The notes: generated from the letters alone by a model not told the origin. 63,854 bases of DNA, filler included, from Lama guanicoe (GCA_013239625.1; 102 parts of 102 records of this genome joined end to end with filler, not necessarily neighbours in it), one strand, 5' to 3'. Shown: positions 37,324-50,036, counted from the whole stretch's first letter. Made by a program: numbers and translations.

Positions 37324-37952
37324 TCAAATCCCGTGGAGAGGCACTCAATAATACTTGGTTTTAGAGCCCAAATCTCACATTACCCCGCAATCCCGCCTAG
37401 GCTAGACATCAGTGAAGACAAGTTAATGGATTGTATTAGAACCCAGGCACTGCTGTCAGTTGTAGGTGCCTCCCCACACTCAGGAAACCTCAACACGTCT
37501 TCGTGTGTTTGCTGGAGTAGGGAAAAAGAGTCGACGCATTTTTTGGGGGGCACAGTTGTTCCAAGTTTGGGGATGTATTTTAAACCCCTCCACTGCCCAT
37601 AGAGAGGCACTCGCTATTACTAGTGTTTAGTGCCCAACACCCAACTTAGCTCACAGCCTGGCCAATGGAAACACTCAGGGAAAGCAAGCCAAATGATATT
37701 ATATTTTCCCAATTGCTGCTGTCATTTGGAGGTGCCTACCCACACTCAGTATACCAGAACAATTCTTCGTGGGTGTGCTGGAGGTGGGGAAAGAGAGACC
37801 ACGCATTTATATGGGGGGCATGTGTTTAAAGGTTAGGGATGTATTTTTTAAAAACCTCCATGCCCATAGAGAGGAACTCGCTAAAATCTATCAATAGAGA
37901 TCGAACCTCACATTAGATCAAAGCCTGGCCTATGTAAACACTCAGGGAACAC
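37324..37952 (+). repeat. Satellite A' (diverged 266-267-bp monomers)
   Basis: GAGAGG(C/A)ACTC at 37336, 37602 and 37869; shares TTAGAACCCA, CCTCCCCACACTCAGGA and CACAGTTGTTCC with A. Confidence 0.85.
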
Positions 37953-38052
37953 NNNNNNNNNNNNNNNNNNNNNNNNNNNNNNNNNNNNNNNNNNNNTTAA
38001 TTAATTAANNNNNNNNNNNNNNNNNNNNNNNNNNNNNNNNNNNNNNNNNNNN

Positions 38053-38265
38053 TCTCGAGCTCCCCCACGCACTGACAATGTTTCCCGAATCCTGAGCGTG
38101 GTGAGGTTCCACCAACGGTCGGCACCGCGTGGGTTCTAACGGAATACCTACGCTCGTCTCCCCTGGGGTTTTTCCTACTCTCTCTGTGCCGGGGAATTCT
38201 ATAGGAGTCTGCAGGCAATCCCAGTGACAGAGGCTGCCTCCCCTAGGTCAGGGAAGCTATTTCTC
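38053..38265 (-). repeat. Satellite A
   Basis: Partial monomer. Confidence 0.93.
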
Positions 38266-38365
38266 NNNNNNNNNNNNNNNNNNNNNNNNNNNNNNNNNNN
38301 NNNNNNNNNTTAATTAATTAANNNNNNNNNNNNNNNNNNNNNNNNNNNNNNNNNNNNNNNNNNNN

Positions 38366-38590
38366 TTGTATTTTCCTTGAGAGGGATATTACACCTTGAA
38401 ATGCCAACATTGACAAGTAGGGGTCATCGGGAGTAAAGGGAACCACATGCACAAGTGAATCCAAGCTTGGGGGTTAATTCATGTTTCCATTAGTTATTTC
38501 ATGGTTCCTTTTGGTTTCGGAGGCTTCAACATTAAAGAGTCGACATGAAACCTTTAACAGTTCGGACTGCTAGTTTGCATTCTATCTGTC
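38366..38590 (+). repeat. Unclassified repeat D, copy 2
   Basis: Homologous to 11887-11956. Confidence 0.7.
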
Positions 38591-38690
38591 NNNNNNNNNN
38601 NNNNNNNNNNNNNNNNNNNNNNNNNNNNNNNNNNTTAATTAATTAANNNNNNNNNNNNNNNNNNNNNNNNNNNNNNNNNNNNNNNNNNNN

Positions 38691-38928
38691 TAGCTTTATA
38701 ATAAGTCTTGAAGCGAGGTAATATATGTTCTCCAATTTTTTCTTCTTTTTCAAGGTTGTGTTTGGCTATTCTAGGTCCTTTGCATTCCCCTATGAAGTCT
38801 GGGATTTTTACAAAGCATTCTAAGGAAAAACTAAAGGAGATCTAAATAAATGGAGATATATACCATGTTCATAGATAAGAAGACTCTATATTGTTAAAAT
38901 GATAATTCTTCCCAAATTAATCTATATA
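38691..38928 (-). mobile_element. L1 ORF2 fragment with 5' inversion
   Basis: Antisense piece 38691-38796 joined to a sense piece (~38805-38928) from just upstream in ORF2. Confidence 0.7.
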
Positions 38929-38934
38929 TGGTAT

Positions 38935-39347
38935 CTCTGAGGTGTCCAAACTCCTAATGCCTGATGTTAATACCTGTGCATGTTATGTTACATGGCAAAA
39001 GGGACTTTGCAGGTAGAATTAAGGTTACAAACCTTAATATAGGGAGATTTTCCTGGATTATCCGGATGGACCTAGTGTAAAGACATAGGCTTTTAAAAGT
39101 GGAAGTGGAAGAGAGGAGAGTCAGTTAGAGACATGCAACGGAAGAAGTGGCAGGGGAAATTGGAACTGTGAGAGCAACCTGACCCACTATTACTGGCTTT
39201 GAAGATAGAGGAAGGAGGTCATGAGCTAGGGAATGTGGGTGAGCTCTAGAAACTGAGAACAACTCCTGGGTGACAGCCAGGAAGGGAGTGGGGATACTAG
39301 TTTTACACATGCAAGGAATTGAATGATGTCTTCATTCCAAATGAGCA
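38935..39347 (+). mobile_element. MLT1-type (ERVL-MaLR) LTR
   Basis: ACATGGCAAAAGGGACTTTGCAG and TGGCTTTGAAGATAGAGGAAGG are hallmark MLT1 motifs. Confidence 0.8.
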
Positions 39348-40344
39348 NNNNNNNNNNNNNNNNNNNNNNNNNNNNNNNNNNNNNNNNNNNNTTAATTAAT
39401 TAANNNNNNNNNNNNNNNNNNNNNNNNNNNNNNNNNNNNNNNNNNNNTACATTGAAACAATGTGCTGTAAACCAGATCATTCAAATCAGCTTTTTAGTTG
39501 TATTTATTAAAACTTTTAACATAATTGTATACATGACTATTGCCTTTAACTAGTAAAAATAACACGATTTAAGGAGACATTCATTAATGTATGTTAGGTT
39601 TTCTAAGAAAGTAAATTAAGTATATTGTAACTAATGATACTACTTTTTAAGAGGTACTATTAGCTGCAATAATAGATACTAATTTTAAAAATACTTGATA
39701 TAAATATTTTATACCCTAAAAGTAGGCAAGAAGATTTCCTTTTCAATTATTTATAAAATTTGTATCAAATTTACAATGTTGACCATATATCAAGTCACTG
39801 GGAAATATCAATGAAGACTGATATATTTTGTTGAAGTTAACCTTCCTTTTTGGAGCAAAGTTAATCTGGGAGTATAAGTGGCTCTGAATTTTCCTAATAA
39901 ATGAGGCTGACATAAAGTACATTTTATTTTCTACAGCAATATGTGAGTGTAATGTTAAAAATGTGTGGAAGCATTATGTGCTTTTATCATTTTATTGACG
40001 CTTTAGAGAAATATTGTTTGAAAATTGACTATAGTTCGTTTTCTGACATGTAGGTCATTAATATTGGTTCATCGTGGTGGTGTCTATTTGTTTGATTTGA
40101 GTTATCTCAAACAATATTTTACCCCAGAGAATTGCCTATCTTTTCTCTTTTGCCAATACCCTGTCTTTCCTTTTCTTGCCTCTCTTTTCCCCTAAGTCAC
40201 CCCCTGAAGCACACCCTAAGTCTATAAAGACTTCCCCAGCCTCTNNNNNNNNNNNNNNNNNNNNNNNNNNNNNNNNNNNNNNNNNNNNTTAATTAATTAA
40301 NNNNNNNNNNNNNNNNNNNNNNNNNNNNNNNNNNNNNNNNNNNN

Positions 40345-41263
40345 GTCTGTTTCCTACTGCCGGTTTGAAGTGCCGGCCGTTTTCACTGTAAAATCCAGTT
40401 GGAGCTTGTAGCACCCCATATATATGTATGGAGTGGGGTTTGCAACTGAAAAGAAACTTTGTGTTCCCTTCAAGCTAGGTGAAGGACGGCTTACACACAC
40501 ACTTATCTATCAGAGCTGGGCAAGTGGAGAGACGCCCGTTCATTCAGCACAAAGGGAACGGGTTGCAGGAGAAACAATTACTCTGGTTTCTCAGTCTGTT
40601 TCCTAGTGCCGGTTTGAAGTGCCTGCCGTTTTCACTGTAAAACCGAGTTGGAGCTGTAACCTCCCCATATATATGTATGGAGTGGAGATGGCAACAGAAA
40701 AGAAACTTTGTGTTCCCTTCAAGCTAGGTGAAGGACGGCTTTCACACACACTTATCTCTCAGAGCTAGGCATGTGGAAAGACGTTCGTTCATCCAGCTCA
40801 AAGGGAACTGGTTGCAGGAGAAACACTTACTCTGGTTTTTCAGTCTGTTTCCTAGGTCCGGTTTGAAGTGCCTGCCTTTTTCAATATAAAACCGAGATGG
40901 AGATTGTACCTCACCATATATATGTGTAGAGTGGAGTTTGCAACTGAAAAGAAACTTTGTGTTCCCTTCAAGCAAGGTGAAGGACGGCTTTCACACACAC
41001 TTATCTCTCAGAGCTAGGCATGTGGAAAGACGTTCGTTCATCCAGCTCAAAGGGAACTGGTTGCAGGAGAAATACTTACTCTGGTTTCTCAGTCTGTTTC
41101 CTAGTGCCGGTTTGAAGTGCCTGCCGTTTTCACTGTAAAACCGAGTTGCAGCTTGTACCTTCCCATATATATGTATGGACTGGCGTATGAAACTGGAAAG
41201 AAACTTTGTGTTCACTTCAAGCTAGGTGATGGACGGCATTCACAGACACTTATCTCACAGAAC
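40345..41263 (+). repeat. Satellite B
   Basis: About 3.7 monomers, period 249. Confidence 0.97.
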
Positions 41264-41363
41264 NNNNNNNNNNNNNNNNNNNNNNNNNNNNNNNNNNNNN
41301 NNNNNNNTTAATTAATTAANNNNNNNNNNNNNNNNNNNNNNNNNNNNNNNNNNNNNNNNNNNN

Positions 41364-42091
41364 AATTGTCAGTGCGTGCGGGAGCTCGAGAGACAACTCC
41401 ACGCAGCTCTCTCCATTCAAAGGAGTTCCCTGTTCGGGGAAGTCCGGGAAATACCTTCCCTGGCCTTGGGGAGGCAGCCTCGGTCACTGTGATATCCTGC
41501 AATCACCCCTAGCATTCCCTGGCACAGAGATATTAGGAAAACCCTCAGGGGAGACGAGCTTAGGCATTCCGTTAGAACCCACGCGCTGCCGACCGTTGGT
41601 GGAACCTCCCCACGCTCAGGATTCCGGAACCATTGTCAGTGCGTGGGGGATTTCGAGAGACAACTCCACGCCGCTCACTTCAGTTACAGGTGTACCCTGT
41701 TCGGGAAGTCCGGGAAATACCTTCCCTGACCTTGGGGAGGCAGCCTCGGTCACTGTGATATCCTGCAATCACCCCTAGCATTCCCTGGCACAGAGATATT
41801 AGGAAAACCCTCAGGGGAGACGAGCTTAGGCATTCCGTTAGAACCCACGCCCTGCCGACCGTTGTTGGAACCTCCCCACGCTCAGGATTCCGGAACCATT
41901 GTCAGTGCGTGGGGGAGCTCGAGAGACAACTCCACGCAGCTCTCTTCATTCACAGGAGTTCCCTGTTCGGGGAAGTCCGGGAAAAACCTTCCCTGACCTT
42001 GGTTAGGCAGCCTCGGTCAGTGGGATATCCTGCAAACCCCAGTACCATTCCCTGGCACAGAGACATTAGGAAAACCCTCAGGGGAAACGAG
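41364..42091 (+). repeat. Satellite A
   Basis: About 2.7 monomers. Confidence 0.97.
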
Positions 42092-42191
42092 NNNNNNNNN
42101 NNNNNNNNNNNNNNNNNNNNNNNNNNNNNNNNNNNTTAATTAATTAANNNNNNNNNNNNNNNNNNNNNNNNNNNNNNNNNNNNNNNNNNNN

Positions 42192-42635
42192 ATTTTGTAA
42201 TCTATATTCAATATTCTGTGTTCTTCATTCTATATTCTAATTCTATACTCTGCATTCCGTAATCTATATTCTACATTCTGTGTTCTACATTCTATATTCT
42301 AGATTATATATTCAGTATTCTGTATTCTATATTCTAAATTCTATATTCAGTATTCTGTATTCTATATTCTAAATTCTATATTCAGTATTCTGTATTCTAT
42401 ATTCTAAATTCTATATTCAGTATTCTGTATTCTATATTCTAAATTCTATATTCAGTATTCTGTATTCTATATTCTAAATTCTGTGTTCTGCATTCCATGT
42501 TATAATTTCTGTGTTCTATATTCTCAATTCTATATACAAATTTGGGGTTTTTCCTTCTATATTCTACAGACTATATTCTTCATTTTGAATTGTATATTCT
42601 ATATTCTGTGTTCTACATTCTAAATTCTAAATTCT
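42192..42635 (+). repeat. Satellite C with five 35-bp units
   Basis: TTCAGTATTC at 42311, 42346, 42381, 42416 and 42451. Confidence 0.96.
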
Positions 42636-42735
42636 NNNNNNNNNNNNNNNNNNNNNNNNNNNNNNNNNNNNNNNNNNNNTTAATTAATTAANNNNNNNNN
42701 NNNNNNNNNNNNNNNNNNNNNNNNNNNNNNNNNNN

Positions 42736-42852
42736 AGCTCAGTGGCAGAGTGGCATGCTTAGCATGCACAAGGTCCTGGGTTCATGTACCTTCATGTAAG
42801 TAAGTAAGTAAATAAATAAATAAGCAAATAAATAAACGTAATTATTCCCCCA
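42736..42852 (+). mobile_element. tRNA-derived SINE (Vic-type), partial
   Basis: AGCTCAGTGGCAGAG...GCTTAGCATGCACAAGGTCCTGGGTTCA with a (TAAA)n tail. Confidence 0.8.
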
Positions 42853-44004
42853 GAAAGAATATATTCTGCTCTTGAGTAACATCTAGAACTAATTCAATTT
42901 CAATGATCACTTATCATTTATCTTTAAATAATAACAAAGTATTTGATAATTTTAAAAAATTTATTAGAAAAAAGTTAATTCCTAAATCAAAAGAAAATGC
43001 CTATTCACTTTAGCCCAAGATATAGATCTATATTTTCTCAACTGAACCCAGTTGAGTTGACAAAAAAGGAAATATAAACAAACAATTTGGCAATAGCTTA
43101 GAGCAGAATGTCTTCTAACTGATTCTCAGCATAACTACCAAAGGAGATTTAAAATAGAGTCAATGTGGTATATCATAGTGGTCTGCGGTATGATCACACG
43201 GCTTGAGGTGAGTACCCAGCTGCTTACACATGTAATGTGTTTGCTCACTGGTCAATTCATGGATATGTCTTACGCCTTCTCAATAGCACCCCCTTATTGT
43301 CCAACATCCTTTCCACCGGACCCACTGATGATTCCTTTACGGCTTCTGAGATTACGTCCAGATATANNNNNNNNNNNNNNNNNNNNNNNNNNNNNNNNNN
43401 NNNNNNNNNNTTAATTAATTAANNNNNNNNNNNNNNNNNNNNNNNNNNNNNNNNNNNNNNNNNNNNTTTAAAAAAAACTATTATATATCAATATGAAAAA
43501 TATGTTAAAAATTTCTCTCAGTAGTAGGGAAAGAGGAGGCTCATTCCTGTCCTGTTTCTTGAACTATTCTCATATTCCCACAGACATGCAACGTTTGGCT
43601 GGGAACACATTGGGATTAGAGCAGCCTCTGATGGGCAGCCCACTGGAGTGGGCAGGGGAGTGTAGCTTCTTCATGTATTCTCCCCACTCCAGTTAAAAAA
43701 TAACAAAGTGCTTCAAATCCAGTGCCATTCTCTCAGGATCTTTTCTCCTATTTCTGTGTGTTGAGACACCCCTCCGTGTTCTACTTGGTACAGAATCAGC
43801 CCCCAAGTCCGACATAAACAAGAGAGGATATATTAGTGTGGAAATGCTGAACTACCTCACTGTCAGGTTTTCACTCTTCTGGGTCATTGTGACCCAATCT
43901 TTTANNNNNNNNNNNNNNNNNNNNNNNNNNNNNNNNNNNNNNNNNNNNTTAATTAATTAANNNNNNNNNNNNNNNNNNNNNNNNNNNNNNNNNNNNNNNN
44001 NNNN

Positions 44005-44417
44005 GTTGGTAAGAATGTGGAGAAAAGAGAAACCTCACGCACTGTTTCTGGGGGATGTAACTTCATGCAGCTGCTATGGAAAACAGCAGGGAGATTCTTC
44101 AAAAAATTAAGAATAGAATTACCACATGACTCACCTTTTCTACTTCTGGGTCTTTATCCTAAGAATACTAAAACACTAATTCAAAAAGATACATGCACCC
44201 TTATGTTCACTAGCATTACTTATAACAGCCAAGATATGGATGCAACCTAATTGCCCATCAATAGATGAATGGACATAGAAGATATGGTACATATATACAC
44301 AATGAAGTATTACTCAGCCATAAAAAGATGAAATTTCACCATTGCCAACAACATGGATGGACCCTGAAGGTGTTATGTGAAGTGAAATAAGTCAGTGCAG
44401 AAAAACAAATACTGTAT
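44005..44417 (+). mobile_element. L1 ORF2 C-terminal fragment
   Basis: Translation LWKT..RFFKKLRIELPHD...LLGLYPK..KTLIQKDTCT.MF. Confidence 0.93.
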
Positions 44418-45895
44418 NNNNNNNNNNNNNNNNNNNNNNNNNNNNNNNNNNNNNNNNNNNNTTAATTAATTAANNNNNNNNNNNNNNNNNNNNNNNNNNN
44501 NNNNNNNNNNNNNNNNNTTTTTGATGCTTAACAGGAGTGAACACAGTTCCATTTGGAGGACTTGGGGCTTGTGACATCACAGAAAGGGAGCTTCCCGCAA
44601 GGTGATCCTTGGGTTGGGTACATTAAAGTGGAGTCACGCAGATGACCTGTGATGGACAAAAACGTGAGTAAGAAATAAGTTCTTGTTTCTGGGACTTTTG
44701 GGTGATTTTTTACCTTTGCATAACCAGCTCCAACCTGGCTGTTACATTCATTAAACCCTTAGTGTCCCAGCTTGCCTTGTCAGTAGGACTGTAGCACTTA
44801 GGAGAAAGGATCTTCGACTATTTGTTTTATAACTTCTATGTATTTGAAAGAGGACTGGAGATACCTAGGCAATCACTGACTTGTTCAATATAAATTGATT
44901 GAACACACGTTTTTATCTCTTGTGACACTGATTTTTTTTTAAAGGAAAAGAATTAGGTCATGGGAGTGCTTACCGAATGTATTCAAGGTTATTTGGCATA
45001 CAAAAATTGCCCAAAATGCCATTCTAATGAGATGGTGCAGAGGGAGACTTCAGTATGTGAACTCTAACTTCTAAGTGTAACTAGCAAATGGCTAGTGGGA
45101 ACTTGAAGGCGTTGACCTGAGACAAACCTATCGAGGTCACACTTCATCTCTGTGTATGTGCGCACACGCTCGCATGTGTGTGTGTGTGTGTTGATTTCTC
45201 TGTTAACATACATTATTTGTCTTAAGACCACCTAAGAAAGTACTGAAGAAAACTAAGATAGAAAAAAAAAAAAACAAAACACCAGACGTGCCAGCAGGAG
45301 GAAATATGCATCACTACGATACAAGTAAGTAATGGTGCAAAATATNNNNNNNNNNNNNNNNNNNNNNNNNNNNNNNNNNNNNNNNNNNNTTAATTAATTA
45401 ANNNNNNNNNNNNNNNNNNNNNNNNNNNNNNNNNNNNNNNNNNNNGAACATTCTACAGATGGTTCTGCTTTCCACCTGTTATACTGGCCAAGAGTCTATT
45501 AGCTTGAAATTGGAGGCAGTGGGCAAGGCAGGAATTAAGGTCTCAAGTTGTTTATCCATACTCCCCTCACTTTTGTTCTTTCTCTCAGTCTGTCCCTCCC
45601 ACTCCTTTCTCTACTTTCTTTTTGCAGTATCAAAAGAAAATGTTTGGAAAATGCATTTTTCTTTAGGTCAAGATATCAGGCAGTTTTTGCACTATGAAAG
45701 AGATTTTTAAAAATACAGTAAGATCCTATGAATCCTAGGAAGTCAGAGTACCTTAAATCACAAATACAAAGGAGAATATAAACTCACGTCACACANNNNN
45801 NNNNNNNNNNNNNNNNNNNNNNNNNNNNNNNNNNNNNNNTTAATTAATTAANNNNNNNNNNNNNNNNNNNNNNNNNNNNNNNNNNNNNNNNNNNN

Positions 45896-46377
45896 TCTAT
45901 ATTCTATATTCTGTGTTCTACATTCAATATTCTAAGTTATTTATACCACATTCTGTATTCTATATTCTAAATTCTATATTCTACATTCTATATTCTAAAG
46001 TCTATATTCAGTAATCTCTTTACTATATTCTAAATTCTGTGTTCTGCATTACATGTTCAAAATTCTGGGGTCTATATTCTGTTTTCCATATTTTATATTC
46101 TGTGTTCTAAATTCTATATTCTGTGTTCTATATTCTGCATTCCCTATTCTACATTATATATTCTGGGTTCTACCTACTATATTCCAAATTCCATATTCAG
46201 TATTCTGTATTCTATATTCTAATTTCTGTGTTCTGCATTCCACGTTCTAAAATTTCTATTCTATATTCTATATTCTGTGTTTTACATTCTATATTCTAAA
46301 TTATATGTTCAGTGTTCTGTATTCTATGTTCTAAATTCTGTGTTCTGCACTCCATGTTCTCAATTCTATATTCAGTA
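45896..46377 (+). repeat. Satellite C
   Basis: 7-mer period. Confidence 0.94.
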
Positions 46378-46477
46378 NNNNNNNNNNNNNNNNNNNNNNN
46401 NNNNNNNNNNNNNNNNNNNNNTTAATTAATTAANNNNNNNNNNNNNNNNNNNNNNNNNNNNNNNNNNNNNNNNNNNN

Positions 46478-46939
46478 AATTTAGAATATAGAATGCAGAA
46501 CACAGAATATAGAATAGAGAATAGAGTTTAGAGAATAGAGAATCCAGAGTTTAGCACATGGAATATAGAACACAGATTATAGAATATGGAAAACAGAATA
46601 CAAAACACAGAATTTAGAATATAGAATGCAGAACACAGAATATAGAATCGAGAATAGAGAATAGAGAATCCAGAGTTTAGCACATGGAATATAGAACACA
46701 GATTATAGAATATGGAAAACAGAATACAAAACACAGAATTTAGAATATAGAATGCAGAACACAGAATTTAGAATATAGAATGCAGAACACAGAATTTAGA
46801 ATACAGAATACAGAATACTGAATATAGAATTTAGAATATACAATGAAGAACACATAAAATACAATAGAGAATAGAGAATAGAGAATCCACAGTTTAGCAC
46901 ATGGAATGTAGAACAGAGATTATAGAATATGGAAAACAG
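46478..46939 (-). repeat. Satellite C with a 126-bp duplication
   Basis: AATCCAGAGTTTAGCACATGG at 46541 and 46667. Confidence 0.94.
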
Positions 46940-47039
46940 NNNNNNNNNNNNNNNNNNNNNNNNNNNNNNNNNNNNNNNNNNNNTTAATTAATTAANNNNN
47001 NNNNNNNNNNNNNNNNNNNNNNNNNNNNNNNNNNNNNNN

Positions 47040-47633
47040 CCTCAAAAACCTGTAAGAGGTAATAAGTTCAGCAAAGTTGCAAGATATAAGATGAATATAC
47101 GCTAGCAATGAGCAATCCAAAAATATAATCAGTTTTTAAAATTCCATTTATAATAGTACCTAAAAGAATAAAATACGTAGGAATAAATTTACCTAAGAAA
47201 CTGCAAGAATTGTACACTGAAAACTAGAAAACATTGTTGATAGAAATTAAAGAAGACAAAAGACATCCTGTGTTAATGGACAGGAAGACTTAATAATGTT
47301 AAGATGGCAATATTTTCCAAATTAGTCTACGATACAGTTTAATACCTATCAAATTTCAAATATGACGTTTGCTGAAATGGACAAGCTGATTCTAAAATTC
47401 ATATGGAATTGCAAGAGAACACCAATTGTAAGACAATCTTCAAAAAGAAGAACAAAGTTGGAGGACTTACTTCTTCATTTCAAACTTACGACAAGGCCAC
47501 AGTATAAGGACAGATACACAGATCAATGGAACAGAATTGAGACTCCAGAAATAAACCTATACATCCATGATCAGTTGATTTTCGACAAGAGTGCCAAGAC
47601 CACTCAATGGGAAAAGAATAGTCTTTTCAATAA
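47040..47633 (+). mobile_element. L1 ORF2 fragment
   Basis: Translation DKLILKFIWN...DQWNRIETPEIN...QLIFDK.AK..QWEKNSLFN. Confidence 0.93.
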
Positions 47634-47733
47634 NNNNNNNNNNNNNNNNNNNNNNNNNNNNNNNNNNNNNNNNNNNNTTAATTAATTAANNNNNNNNNNN
47701 NNNNNNNNNNNNNNNNNNNNNNNNNNNNNNNNN

Positions 47734-48157
47734 CAAATCACTGAGAGTGGGAGAGGGAGGCAGAGAAATATAGAATTTTTTTCTTTCTTATTTAAAATTT
47801 TTTAACAGTAGGATGGGTTTGAGATCATGTTATTATCAGTTTAATAAAAACAGGTATAGGTTAATAGATTTACAAAAAAGGGTAACCACAAGTCAAAAAT
47901 TTACAAGGGAGTCACAAAAATTAAATAAAATCCATGATAATACAAAGGAAAATTACCAAACCACAAAAGGAAGAAGAAAGGAACAAAGAGGATATACCAA
48001 TTCAACTGCAAAGATAAGTTCAAAATGGCAATAAACAGACATCTATCATTAATTACTGTAAAAATTAATGGACTAAATGCTCCAGTCAAAAGGCATAGAG
48101 TGGCACAGTGGATAATAAAGCAAGAACCTTCAATATCCTGCATACAAGAGACCCACT
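47734..48157 (+). mobile_element. L1 inter-ORF region and ORF2 start (ATG at 48025)
   Basis: MAINRHLSLITVKINGLNAPVKRHRVAQWIIKQEPSISCIQETH is the L1 endonuclease N-terminus. Confidence 0.93.
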
Positions 48158-48257
48158 NNNNNNNNNNNNNNNNNNNNNNNNNNNNNNNNNNNNNNNNNNN
48201 NTTAATTAATTAANNNNNNNNNNNNNNNNNNNNNNNNNNNNNNNNNNNNNNNNNNNN

Positions 48258-48670
48258 GTAGATTTTTTGAAGAAAGCCATTTTAACAGGTGTAAGGTGAT
48301 ATCTCAGGATATCCTGCATTCGTCAAAGATATTACTTGTAATTTTTTTTGTAGTGTCTTTGGTGTTGGCATCAGGGTCTTGATCTCATAGAAGGAACTTG
48401 GGAGTGTTCACAAAGGAAGAAATGAAGAGAAGAAGAAAGGAACAAAGGAATTACAAAATTCAGAAAATAATTAACAAAATAACACTAGTAAGTTCATACC
48501 TATCAATAATTACTTTAAATGTAAATTGACTAAATTCTCTAATCAAAAGACATAGAGTGACTGAATGGATTAAAAAAACACCACACACACACACACAAGC
48601 TCCAACTCTATGCTGCCTACAAGAGCACATGTCAGCTTTAAGGGCACACCCACACTGAAAGCGAAGGGCT
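48258..48670. mobile_element. Rearranged L1 mosaic (two antisense pieces plus sense ORF2 start)
   Basis: Antisense GCCATTTTAACAGGTGTAAGGTGATATCTCA, an antisense RT-region piece, then sense ACTTTAAATGTAAATTGACTAAAT...AAAAGACATAGAGTG. Confidence 0.7.
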
Positions 48671-48813
48671 GAGGTTAGAGATCTGTTTCCATGGGTCTAG
48701 CTCCAGGTTCACGNNNNNNNNNNNNNNNNNNNNNNNNNNNNNNNNNNNNNNNNNNNNTTAATTAATTAANNNNNNNNNNNNNNNNNNNNNNNNNNNNNNN
48801 NNNNNNNNNNNNN

Positions 48814-49049
48814 ATTTACTTTTATATATAGTGGAAAACATTTTGAATCTACAGCTCCCAAATATATCCTCTCACATCCCCTTTCCACTGCAATCATAAA
48901 ATTGTTTAGTAGATCTGTGTGTTTCAGTTTTGTAGATGAAATCATAGTGTCCTAATCCAAATTTATTTTTAAGGTTCCGCATATATCATGTCATATATTT
49001 TTTTTCTTTCTTTTTCTGGCTTACTTCAATTAGAATGACACTTTTTGGG
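48814..49049 (-). mobile_element. L1 3' UTR fragment
   Basis: TTTTGTAGATGA...TGGCTTACTTCA..TAGAATGAC shared with 54181-54300 and 57071-57260. Confidence 0.7.
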
Positions 49050-49149
49050 NNNNNNNNNNNNNNNNNNNNNNNNNNNNNNNNNNNNNNNNNNNNTTAATTA
49101 ATTAANNNNNNNNNNNNNNNNNNNNNNNNNNNNNNNNNNNNNNNNNNNN

Positions 49150-49463
49150 GCACAGACAATGCTTCCGGAATCCTGAGCGAGGGGATGTTCCACCAACGTT
49201 CAGCAGCGCATGGGTTGTAACGGAATGACTATGCTCGTCTACCCTGAGTGTTTTCTAAATGTCTGGCTGCTAAGGAATGCTGCGGGTATGCTCTGGCATG
49301 CCCAGTGTCAGCGGTTGCCTCTCCAAGGTCAGGGAAGATATTTCTCGGACATCCCCCTAGCAGGGAACACCTGTGACGGAAGGGAGCTGCGTGGAGTTCT
49401 CTCTCGAGCTCCCCGAAGCACAGACAATGGCTCTTGAATCCTGAGAGTGGGGAGGGTCCACCA
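49150..49463 (-). repeat. Satellite A, diverged monomer
   Basis: Family A motifs with many substitutions. Confidence 0.88.
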
Positions 49464-49563
49464 NNNNNNNNNNNNNNNNNNNNNNNNNNNNNNNNNNNNN
49501 NNNNNNNTTAATTAATTAANNNNNNNNNNNNNNNNNNNNNNNNNNNNNNNNNNNNNNNNNNNN

Positions 49564-50036
49564 TGCCGGTTTGTAGTTTATGAAGTTTTCACTGTAAAAC
49601 CGAGTTGGCGCTTGTACCTGCCATATATTTCTATGTACTGGAGTTTGCAACTGAAGAGAAACTTTGTGTTCCATACAAGCTAGGTGAAAGACGGCTTTCA
49701 CATTCACTTAACTCTCAAAACTGAGCATGAGGAGAGACATTGGTTCATCTAGCACAAAGGGAACAGGTTGCAGGAGAAACACTTACTCTTGTTTCTCTGT
49801 CTGTTTCCTAGTGCCGGTTTGAAGTTCCTGCAGTTTTCACTGTAAAACCGAGTTGGCGCTTGTACCTGCCATATATTTCTATGTACTGGAGTTTGCAACT
49901 GAAGAGAAACTTTGTGTTCCATACAAGCTAGGTGAAAGACGGCTTTCACATTCACTTAACTCTCAAAACTGAGCATGAGGAGAGACATTGGTTCATCTAG
50001 CACAAAGGGAACAGGTTGCAGGAGAAACACTTACTC
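49564..50036 (+). repeat. Satellite B variant (248-bp, near-identical pair)
   Basis: Duplicated ORF ends at 49707/49955 give period 248. Confidence 0.95.

Noticed and set aside
43130..43213. 78-nt exon candidate ending GAG|GTGAGT (HNYQRRFKIESMWYIIVVCGMITRLE)
   Set aside because: The polypyrimidine tract is weak and the peptide is not recognisable.
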